DNA of 53,506 nucleotides from an uncultured Fibrobacteraceae bacterium (GTDB lineage Bacteria; Krumholzibacteriota; Krumholzibacteriia; LZORAL124-64-63), in contig CAZVWL010000001.1 of the NCBI GenBank assembly GCA_964630845.1, positions 1 through 53,506 on the forward strand. Reading direction: 5' to 3'. The notes under the pieces are model-generated. The model saw only the letters and a program-made list of their open reading frames with translations. It had not been told where the DNA came from and searched no databases. Shown here piece after piece: positions 39,401 to 46,694 of the stretch. The translations under genes were made by a program, and so were the position numbers. Position 1 is the first letter of the stretch; each line of letters begins with the position of its first letter.

Positions 39401-39450
39401 GCCGTGCAGATGAGGCGTTCGAGGCCGCGCTCGGAGGTGTCGGTGGTCAT
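36448..39450 (-). CDS. hsdR: Type I restriction endonuclease subunit R
   Basis: PD-(D/E)xK motif DLGLFINGLPVATFELK, Walker A HSAGSGKSNS and DEAH box VIDEAHSSQ. The SF2 motor and C-terminal helical domain total 1000 aa. Confidence 0.9.
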   Translation of the reverse strand: MTTDTSERGLERLICTALTGAACDPGTFKANAVHERPAAYGAGWICGAPEDYDREYCVDLAQFSAFLRETQPDVADALDLGQDGPTRRKCLARLQGEITKRGTIDVLRHGLKHGPHHLDLFYGTPSPGNTKAAERYAQNRFSVTRQLKYSCDETQRALDLGLFINGLPVATFELKNSLTKQTVADAVEQYQRDRAPREKLFEFGRCVVHFAVDDHEVRFCTHLKGKDSWFLPFNQGWNDGAGNPPNPDGLKTDYLWKRVLTRDGLTDILENYAQVVETKDEKTGRKKTLQIWPRFHQLDVVRRLLADARANGAGRRYLIQHSAGSGKSNSIAWLAHQLIGLKKNGATVFDSIIVVTDRRILDQQIKDTIKQFAQVGATVGHADRSGDLRKYIAEGKKIIISTVQKFPFILDEIGSEHRGRRFAIVIDEAHSSQGGRTSASLSMALSTAGVEEDDETLEDAIIRLMEAKKLLPNASYFAFTATPKNKTLEIFGAPEPQADGTVKHRPFHSYTMKQAIQEVFILDVLKHYTPVESYYKLVKKVEGDPEFDTKRAKKKLRRYVESHDHAIRLKAEIMVDHFHEQVLALRKIGGEARAMVVTSGIERAIQYYHAFGDYLAERKSRYQAIVAFSGEHEYGGAKVTEASLNGFASSKIANTIRKDPYRFLICADKFQTGYDEPLLHTMYVDKVLSGIKAVQTLSRLNRAHPKKHDVFVLDFMNDADVIQQAFADYYRTTILAEETDPNKLHDLKSALDGYQVYAPAQVDELVALYLGGADRDRLDPILDACVADYRERLDEDGQVDFKGKAKAFLRAYGFLSSILPYSNADWEKLSIFLNFLVPKLPAPVEEDLAKGILEAIDMDSYRVEKKAAAKILLPDADSEIDPVPTTGGGHKPEPELDLLSNILKTFNDQFGNIPWTDKDRVHKLITEDIPARVAADPRYQNARKNSDRQNAKIEHDEALKRVMTAVLKDDTELFKQFMDNEGFRRWMTDTVFGLTYRASG

Positions 39451-39816
39451 GGGGCCATCCCTCTTCTGCTCGCGATCAAGTACCCGTCAAGGACCGCGCG
39501 TCGCGCCGCCCTGTGGCGGGTCGCTGGGCCGGCTTGACTAGGTCCTTTACTAATTCCTTTGCTAATCACGCCTTACTCACCGAAATCTAGTAAAGGCGTA
39601 ACTATTTGTTTCGTCGCGACTTGCGCGTTTCTTGGCGCTTTTTGAACTACCACCCCAAGGTCGTTTGCAACGGTCTACTCGTTCAGCCGTGTCTGGACTC
39701 CATCAACTACCCGTCAACTACCCGAAAACCAGTATAACGCGTTGGTCTGCCTACGTTTCCAACGCAGTGCACCCCGATTGGCCACGCTAGTCCCCGTTGT
39801 TCGTCAACAAAAACGG

Positions 39817-41283
39817 TTAGGCCCAGTAGGGGACATAGGCCCGCAGTTTGTCGGCCACATCCTCGTTCACCAGCCGGATCATTCCGGCTTCGAGTGCCTC
39901 CCGGAGCAGCCGCGACGCCGTAGCCTTATTCGCCGGCGCAATCCCAAAGCGCGCCCGAACCGAGGTATTGTTCATCGGCGTTCGGGTCACATACCGCAGA
40001 CACGCGTGCAAATAGCACGCCCGGACGCGGTCCTGTCGATCCATGTCCCGCAGATCCCTGTGGGCGAAGAGGACCGTCCGAGTGAACCCCTCCGGGCTCT
40101 CGAAAAGCGGCGCCGGGAGCTGGAACAGCTCGACCTGGAAGACGACCTTGTCGATCCCGCTACCGCGCTCCTCGCAAATCCGGAACCGCCGCATCAGCGA
40201 AGCGAGAGCCTCGTTGCGCGAGCGGGGCGGCGTGTCCACGAAGCGTTGCGTGTCGACCAGCGGCTCGCCGGGATTCGTGATCTCGATGCGGTCGTCGAAG
40301 ATCTCGACCATCGGCCCGCTGCCGGTGACGAAGAAGTCCTGGTGGATCAGCGCGTTGGCCACCAGCTCACGCACCGCCAGCTCCGGGAACATAGGCACGG
40401 ACCTGCGCAGCGCCTGTTCGATCACCTCGTTGGCCGGTAGCAGACCGTTGATGTACCCGACCAGCCCTTCGAAGCCGCAGGCGTAACCCTTGGCGCCTTC
40501 CTGCTCCTTGAGTGTCTCCGTGCGGCCTTTGCCGCGGTACTGGATCATGCGCACGGCCTTGCGCCGCAGCGTGTGGAAGGCGTCGAGCCGCTTGGCGAAT
40601 AGGACGGCGCCAAGGTTCGTGATATCCCAGCCGCCGGCGTCACTTCGGCGGATCAGTCGGTCATCGGCGAGGGCTGCGAGGATGCCGTCGCGGTTCGAGG
40701 GTAGGGTCCGCTCCAGCAGGTCGAAGTATGCCGGGTAGTCGAGCAAGCGGAGCACGTCATCGCCGGTCGCGCGCTCGGCCGCGATCCCGTCCTCGAAGGG
40801 AGTCTGGTCGAAGATGCGCCACAGGGCCCGTTCCTTCTCCGGGTAGTCCTTGAGCTTCTTTTTGTAGGTGCCGATGCGGATGAACTCCTGGCCCGAGAAG
40901 CGCACGGGGCGGCGGGCGGCCCGCGCGATCTCCAGCAGGACGACGCGGTGTCCGTCGATTTCGACCGTGAAGAAGCGAAAGTCGATCTTGGGGTCGAGCA
41001 GCCGCAGCAGCCAGCTCTCCAGCTCCTCGTTGCCGACCTTGGCAGAAAGAGGATTGAAGGTGGTCCCAATCACCGTGTGGTCCTCGTCACGCACGCCCCA
41101 GACCAGATAGGCGAAGGCCTTGCCCACGAGCGCGGCCGCGTTGGCCAGCGCTGAGATGTACTCGCCGATGGCCTGCGGCTCGGTCTCGTTAACCTTGAAC
41201 TCGAGAAACTCGGTCTCGCGCGGCAGCGCGCACAGCTCGCGCACGAGGCTTGCGAGGTAGTCGGCAGGCCGGTCGCCGGTCAT
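39817..41283 (-). CDS. AlbA_2 (Schlafen-like) + HATPase_c_4-like + C-terminal wHTH protein embedded in the R-M operon
   Basis: N-terminus ...ETEFLEFKVNE...GEYISALANAAALVGKAFAYLVWGV... is AlbA_2-like. The middle segment ...RELVANALIHQDF...IEITNPG... is HATPase-like. ATGA overlap with the hsdS stop. Confidence 0.7.
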   Translation of the reverse strand: MTGDRPADYLASLVRELCALPRETEFLEFKVNETEPQAIGEYISALANAAALVGKAFAYLVWGVRDEDHTVIGTTFNPLSAKVGNEELESWLLRLLDPKIDFRFFTVEIDGHRVVLLEIARAARRPVRFSGQEFIRIGTYKKKLKDYPEKERALWRIFDQTPFEDGIAAERATGDDVLRLLDYPAYFDLLERTLPSNRDGILAALADDRLIRRSDAGGWDITNLGAVLFAKRLDAFHTLRRKAVRMIQYRGKGRTETLKEQEGAKGYACGFEGLVGYINGLLPANEVIEQALRRSVPMFPELAVRELVANALIHQDFFVTGSGPMVEIFDDRIEITNPGEPLVDTQRFVDTPPRSRNEALASLMRRFRICEERGSGIDKVVFQVELFQLPAPLFESPEGFTRTVLFAHRDLRDMDRQDRVRACYLHACLRYVTRTPMNNTSVRARFGIAPANKATASRLLREALEAGMIRLVNEDVADKLRAYVPYWA

Positions 41284-42197
41284 GCCTCGGCCCCCTCGGG
41301 GATCTCATCGGCATCGTTGGCGCTTGCCTCGTCGATGTCGTCGTCGGCTTCATCGAGTGGCTCGTGCTCCTCGGCCTCGTCCGGCAGCCGCGCCGCCGCC
41401 TCGCGCACGTCGAGCTTGCCGGTTACAACGTCGGCGATCAGGCGGGTGCGGTACTCGCGGAGGAGGGCGATTTCGTTGCGCACGCGACCGGCCGTCGAAT
41501 CGATCTCACGGCAGGCTTCATCAAGCGCGTCAGCGATCTCCTTCTGTTCATCGGGTGGCGGGTAGGCGGACGGCATTCGCTTGAAGTCCTCCCAGTACAA
41601 ACGATTGCGGTCCTTCACAATTCCGCGCGAGAACTTGTCCACCTCTCCCATGTAGGCGGCCGTCTTGAAAAGTCGCTCGAAGTACCGTGGCACTGTCCCC
41701 TGCAGCGGCTTGGCCACGACGTAGGCTGGGCTCACCAAACCGTCGATCGGTGCGAATCCGACCGCACCCTGCCACATGCGCATCATATTGTATGCGATGT
41801 CGCCGCTCCGAGCGCGCTTGTACTTGTTGCGATCCGTCATCACCTGTTTGCGATCGGGACTATCGAGATCACGGATGCGTACGCCCGTCCGCAGTGACAC
41901 CGCGAGAATGGGTAGATCTCCAAAGCCAACCTCGTTCCTCTGAACGAACAGGCGTCCGTTCCGTCGTACCTCCCAATGCTCCGGCACATCCCCCAGCCAC
42001 TCCACGCCGGAGGGCTTGAGGCGGACGTTGGGGTCGAGGCCGCGGGTGACGGCGCGGTGGATGATGGCCTGCTTCTGCTCCTCCAGCAGCTTGATCAGCT
42101 TCTGCTTGGCGCGGATGTAGCGCCGGATCCGCCGGTCCGCGTGGTCGAGGAAGCGGACGATGGCGGTTTGTTCGGGGAGGGGGGGGCAGAGAGCCAA
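41280..42197 (-). CDS. hsdS: hsdS C-terminal half (central conserved region, TRD2, distal conserved region, acidic tail); downstream frame of a frameshifted hsdS
   Basis: It contains ...PPLPEQTAIVRFLD... and a second ...WLGDVPEHWEVRR... TRD entry motif, then ...EQKEIADALD...LLREYRTRLIADVVTGKLDV. It overlaps ORF 42095..42712 in a different frame. Confidence 0.85.
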   Translation of the reverse strand: MALCPPLPEQTAIVRFLDHADRRIRRYIRAKQKLIKLLEEQKQAIIHRAVTRGLDPNVRLKPSGVEWLGDVPEHWEVRRNGRLFVQRNEVGFGDLPILAVSLRTGVRIRDLDSPDRKQVMTDRNKYKRARSGDIAYNMMRMWQGAVGFAPIDGLVSPAYVVAKPLQGTVPRYFERLFKTAAYMGEVDKFSRGIVKDRNRLYWEDFKRMPSAYPPPDEQKEIADALDEACREIDSTAGRVRNEIALLREYRTRLIADVVTGKLDVREAAARLPDEAEEHEPLDEADDDIDEASANDADEIPEGAEA

Positions 42198-42712
42198 ACG
42201 GACTTGATTGCTGCATGCGAGAGCCCATATCGCGTGACACCGTTTGCCTCGACGTGAAACTGGTACTGCGCAGCCGTGCTCTGAAGCGCGCGAAGAAGAT
42301 ACTCTCCCGATAGGTGCGTACTGAACGGGCGAAGAAGAGCCAAGTGGTATCCGCTAATGAGATCGGTCGCGGTCTCTCGCACAAGCGCAGGGACCCCGAT
42401 GTCATCCCAGGCTTCCGAGTCTTTCGTGATGAGTACGTCGCCAACGGTTAGGCGGAAACGCTCGACTTCATCCCTCGTCGCCGTAGCCCGCATGAGGCCC
42501 ATACTCGGGCGGATGTAGTCGTTCTTGTAGACGTCAACGTAGTTGCAGAGGCGAACAGTTTCCTCGTCATCTTTGGTGTGCTTGTCTACGTTACTGACGC
42601 GCACGTCGACCAGGTTGCGGAGCCGTCTCACCGCCCAATGCTCCGGCACCTGTCCCAGCCACGGCACGCCGGAGTCCTTCATCGCGGGATAGGGCTTGAG
42701 GCCGTCGATCAT
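42095..42712 (-). CDS. hsdS: hsdS N-terminal half (TRD1); upstream frame of a frameshifted hsdS
   Basis: Entry motif ...VPWLGQVPEHWAVRRLRNLV.... After the C8 tract the frame runs into a Pro/Ser-rich nonsense tail. ATGA overlap with the helicase stop. Confidence 0.85.
   Translation of the reverse strand: MIDGLKPYPAMKDSGVPWLGQVPEHWAVRRLRNLVDVRVSNVDKHTKDDEETVRLCNYVDVYKNDYIRPSMGLMRATATRDEVERFRLTVGDVLITKDSEAWDDIGVPALVRETATDLISGYHLALLRPFSTHLSGEYLLRALQSTAAQYQFHVEANGVTRYGLSHAAIKSVWLSAPPSPNKPPSSASSTTRTGGSGATSAPSRS
42179..42186. repeat. G8 (C8 on the coding strand) homopolymer at the hsdS frameshift point
   Basis: Counted directly. C9 or C6 would join the two hsdS ORFs as ...IKSVWLSAPPLPEQTAIV.... 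Confidence 0.85.
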
Positions 42713-45700
42713 GACTCACCTTCCATAATCGACCAAACCCGATGGTAACTAGACCCGCGTTCGCCCATTGCCTTCGTCCACACGTTTACGTCGGCTGCGC
42801 GGAGCCGACCGCGAAGTCGGTGAAGAGGTTCGTCGGCCTTGACCGCGAGTTCCTTTGAAAGCGCCGGCGCTGCCGTCCTAGGTACGCCGAGCAACCTGAG
42901 CGCGACCGCCTCGTCGGTGTCTACGCCGTAGTACACACGGGCCGGGATATTGCGAAGGCTTCGCTGGTCGTCGGGTGACAACTCGTCAATGCTGCTCCCC
43001 AGCGTCAGAGACTGAAGAGCGGACAGCCCCCACGATGTGGTCTGGGTTAAGCGCCCGAAGATACTTTTGCAGCACTTCGTCATTGCGTCGACAGGATCGG
43101 TGGCTGCTTCGTCGCTCTCTTCCTCGACAGATTGGCTGAAGTAGTCTATCGCCATCTCAGTGAGCGGACGCCCCTGTACCCAATCGCAGACGATTCTAGC
43201 CAGCTTGTCGCCGTCTGGGCTTGTTCCCCCTGTCACATCTTCGAGTGACTCTCGTAGCTCTGGGACTTGCAGCAGTAGCCCCATCAGTCGCCGCAGGTCA
43301 TCTCTGCGACCTGTGAATAGCTCGGGTGACCAGACGTCATTCGGTAGATTCTCTTGACCGATCCGCGCGAGGGTGGCGTTGACCGACTCCCACGAGAACC
43401 CAGTGGCATCGACGAGGGCGAGCGGTTTTCCCTTGATGCGCTCGGCATACGCATACACGCCTCGCACTAAGGCGTCGGCCCAACCCTTGTGGCTTCTTCG
43501 GAGAGCTTGGAAGCCGAGCGTGCCCCGCAGTACCTGCTCCACCTGTGCTGCGAACAGTTCGTGGTCGCCAATCTGACGGTAGGTATGCGCCAGGTACTGG
43601 ACGAAGGCGGACCAGCCTGGCTGGTGTGACAGGGACTCCAACCTCAGCAGCTCGTCCGTGTTAGCCACTGACTTCACCATGTCGACCAGAGTCGAGTTCA
43701 GCTCGGCGACCGCTTCGTCGATGAACGCCTCGAGCTTCTGCTGCTTGGCGTCATCCTGAGCCGCGAGGGCCACGACGCCGAGATCTCCCTGGTCCACACG
43801 GCCGGCCCGCCCAGCGATGTTCCAGAAGTCCTGGGGGGGCATGTCAATGTGGTACGGGAACTTCCGCGACTGGTACTGATGGCTGGCAAATACGACTCCA
43901 GACACCGGGAAGTTCACACCCTGCGCGATGGTTGTTGTCGCAACTAGCACGCCCAAGCGGTCGTTCTCCGTCAACCACTCCACGAGTGCGCGAGTGTCCT
44001 CGGACATGCCTGCGTGGTGCACGCCGACACCGTATTCCAGCAAACTCGCTAGCGGGAAATCTTGTCCCATCTCGTCGACCAGGAATCGCCGAATGTGCCC
44101 GAGGTCGTCATCGTTGACGGTGCGCTTGTTCTCATCGACCTTGAGCGTGGCGGCAATTTGCCAAGTTGCCCGTGGTGTGCCAGCGAGTACGATGACCGTG
44201 CCCCGCTTCTGAAGGACTTGGGCCGTGGTTGCGGCGATCTTTCCGGGCGAATTCTTCACCGCTGACCAAGCCAAGCCGAGCGGGCGCGAGCCTCCGATGC
44301 AAATCTGCTCGGGAATGTCGAGGGTCTTGCGCGTGGTGTGTCGCGTATGAAGGGACAAGCTGAACTCGCCCTTGCCCTCGCCACGGTCCACCCGGGCAAT
44401 CGCCACCACGCGGTCGTTAGGTGTCCAGTCCACGCCGAGGTCGATGCTTTTGTTGCTGTCGGGGGAAAGCCAGCGAGCGATCTCCGCGCCATTCTGGATG
44501 AACGGCGTCAGCAGGAGGAACTGCGCGTAGCGACACTCTCGGTTGATTGTTGCAAGAAGCAGTTCGAGCTTGAGACCGCGGGCCCCGGAAGACAGTCCGT
44601 GTGCCTCGTCCACGACGACCAGCGTAAGGGGACGCCCGATCTTCTCTTCCCAGCCCCCTCGGAGCATCAGGTCCAGCTTCTCGGGCGTAGTCACAAGGAT
44701 GCGGAACTGCTGGTTTCGGTCGGCCTCAGTCAACATCCCGGCCTCAAGGCCATCGACCTCAAGTGCTGGGCTCACCTTCTCTACGACGGTCCGAAGGTGG
44801 GCGAAGTCTCGACGCAAGCGCGTGGTTAGCTGATTCACTAGAGCCCGCGTAGGCGCCAGGTAGGCGATCCAGCCGTTCTCCTGGTCGAACTGATTCAGCG
44901 CCTGGAGGATCCGAAACTCCGCGATGAACGTCTTGCCGCTCGACGTTGGCAAGCTCACTACGACCGAGCGATGACCTGAAACAAACAGACCTTCTTCGCG
45001 AAGCGTCCGCCTTTGGGGCGGCAGCATCTCGAAGATGGGGCGCCTTCGATCCCGGGCGGTTAGCGACTCAACGAACCTGGTTACCGTACTGTTCACCGCG
45101 CGAGTGACTGTCCATATGCTGTTGTCGACCATCACCCTAGCGGACAGCGCCAGAAGCCGCGACATCGTCTCTCGCTCAATCAACTGCCCGCGGGCTGAAG
45201 CCCCGATTGCTCGGTCGAACTGGGCCTCGAGCTGCTCGCGGATGTCGAAGTGACCATCGACTGATCCCTGGCTGACGTAGGCGCCCAGAATCTCCGCGGC
45301 CCTCGCCAAATGATAGTTGGCTATCAACTCCCACGCTGGCCGCGCGTCCTCGCGCGCTTCAGCTTCCTTCAGGAATCCTGGCTCGACAGTCCGCTGGGCC
45401 TGACGAATTGCGACGATCCGCTTCTGGACAGCATCGAGGTCGTCCCAGCCCTTCTTTCTTAGGAGCCGCAACCAAACGTCCAGGACCGATGACCAGACCC
45501 GGACACCCCAGTCAGGCGAATCGAGAGGGAGGGCTGGAAGTTCGCACTCCGTGACGATGCGCCGGAAATCGGCCGAGCGATCACCCAGGGCCGCAATGCA
45601 GCCCAGGCGTACGAGCCACTCCGCTACGGCAATGGGCTCGTCAGGCCACGCCAGCGTTCTGGCGATCTGGAACGTCTCCGCAGCTACGGCACGGAGTTCG

Positions 45701-45897
45701 GCCACGCGCTCCTCGTCTTGCATGGCATCGAAAAGCTGCAGCTCCAGCGCATTGGCGACGAACTGAAGCTCACGGTCGTCGACCTCTCCAGTCGGCGTTC
45801 CGAGTGCGTTCGTGAGCCTGCGTCGACTTGCCTCGGTCGCTGAGAGGCGAAGCCGATCCTCGCCGACTGCCGTTTTGAGCCAAGCGCCTGCTGTCAT
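42709..45897 (-). CDS. Large SF2 (Ski2/COG1204-like, DEAH) helicase; HamB-like candidate
   Basis: Motifs LPTSSGKT, YLAPTRALVNQ, VVVDEAHGL, LVATTTIAQGVNFP and NIAGRAGR. They are flanked by an N-terminal region of about 300 aa and a C-terminal region of about 350 aa with no recognised motif. Start set to ATG 45897 (ATGA overlap) rather than the track start 45927. Confidence 0.8.
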   Translation of the reverse strand: MTAGAWLKTAVGEDRLRLSATEASRRRLTNALGTPTGEVDDRELQFVANALELQLFDAMQDEERVAELRAVAAETFQIARTLAWPDEPIAVAEWLVRLGCIAALGDRSADFRRIVTECELPALPLDSPDWGVRVWSSVLDVWLRLLRKKGWDDLDAVQKRIVAIRQAQRTVEPGFLKEAEAREDARPAWELIANYHLARAAEILGAYVSQGSVDGHFDIREQLEAQFDRAIGASARGQLIERETMSRLLALSARVMVDNSIWTVTRAVNSTVTRFVESLTARDRRRPIFEMLPPQRRTLREEGLFVSGHRSVVVSLPTSSGKTFIAEFRILQALNQFDQENGWIAYLAPTRALVNQLTTRLRRDFAHLRTVVEKVSPALEVDGLEAGMLTEADRNQQFRILVTTPEKLDLMLRGGWEEKIGRPLTLVVVDEAHGLSSGARGLKLELLLATINRECRYAQFLLLTPFIQNGAEIARWLSPDSNKSIDLGVDWTPNDRVVAIARVDRGEGKGEFSLSLHTRHTTRKTLDIPEQICIGGSRPLGLAWSAVKNSPGKIAATTAQVLQKRGTVIVLAGTPRATWQIAATLKVDENKRTVNDDDLGHIRRFLVDEMGQDFPLASLLEYGVGVHHAGMSEDTRALVEWLTENDRLGVLVATTTIAQGVNFPVSGVVFASHQYQSRKFPYHIDMPPQDFWNIAGRAGRVDQGDLGVVALAAQDDAKQQKLEAFIDEAVAELNSTLVDMVKSVANTDELLRLESLSHQPGWSAFVQYLAHTYRQIGDHELFAAQVEQVLRGTLGFQALRRSHKGWADALVRGVYAYAERIKGKPLALVDATGFSWESVNATLARIGQENLPNDVWSPELFTGRRDDLRRLMGLLLQVPELRESLEDVTGGTSPDGDKLARIVCDWVQGRPLTEMAIDYFSQSVEEESDEAATDPVDAMTKCCKSIFGRLTQTTSWGLSALQSLTLGSSIDELSPDDQRSLRNIPARVYYGVDTDEAVALRLLGVPRTAAPALSKELAVKADEPLHRLRGRLRAADVNVWTKAMGERGSSYHRVWSIMEGES

Positions 45898-46694
45898 GGT
45901 GTTCCCCCATGGAGCAAAGCTGGCCAATCCTCGATCGGGACAGGAAGATACCAGGCCGTAATCTCAATGCGCGTCGGGCTGCCCAGGCTCTCCGCGAGGT
46001 ACTTGGCGCGGGTAGTCACATCTAACTCATTGGGATCCGTATCGCGAAGGAGAATTCCCACGAGGAGGATTTCCTTCCCAAGAGACTGCACATACCGCTG
46101 AACCGCTGCCTGATAGAGCGCCCTGTGCTCCCTCGATTCGCACCGCGCGCGAAGCCACTTCAGCAAAGCGTGCTGGATGTCGAGGCGTGTTGCTTCGTCC
46201 TTCAGCTGCCACGGCATGCCCCCGCTCCCGTTCATGACGTTGGGGGGCGTTTTTGCGTCGGAGGAGGTCTTCACCTCTCCGAAGAGCAAGAGGACCGCGT
46301 CGTCCTCCTTGCAGAAACCGACCAGATCGGCGCCGGGCAGGCTTGCCCTAGGCGTGCGGCGGTCGCGCACGAGATTCCATGGCCAGCAGATCTCTCGCGC
46401 GTCGTCGTCAGCTAGAACACACTCGGCCAGGGCTTCGCCGACCGCCCATGACTTCTCCATTGGGACCGCTCGAAGGAGCTTCTCGACGAACTCGATGGCC
46501 ATCCCTGTTGTGGCCATGCCGCGGAGTTCGGCGGCGAACGGATCCCGGGCTTCGTCGTCTTCTACACGCGCGCTGACTCGGTCTGCGACGTAGGATTTGA
46601 ATCGGTTCTCGTCCACGACCGCATGGCCACGCCACCGCGCAGAGCCCATGATCCCCGAGTAGCAGAGTTCCGGTGCGAGAGCAGCAACCGTCAT
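45894..46694 (-). CDS. PD-(D/E)xK-like nuclease candidate; HamA(DUF1837)-like?
   Basis: This is the 266-aa 3' part of track ORF 45894..47321, from ATG 46694, which overlaps the hsdM stop. The motif is SLPGADLVGF, 11 aa, then LLLFGEVKTS (D123/E140/K142). The upstream part of the track ORF is out-of-frame over hsdM. Confidence 0.6.
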   Translation of the reverse strand: MTVAALAPELCYSGIMGSARWRGHAVVDENRFKSYVADRVSARVEDDEARDPFAAELRGMATTGMAIEFVEKLLRAVPMEKSWAVGEALAECVLADDDAREICWPWNLVRDRRTPRASLPGADLVGFCKEDDAVLLLFGEVKTSSDAKTPPNVMNGSGGMPWQLKDEATRLDIQHALLKWLRARCESREHRALYQAAVQRYVQSLGKEILLVGILLRDTDPNELDVTTRAKYLAESLGSPTRIEITAWYLPVPIEDWPALLHGGTP

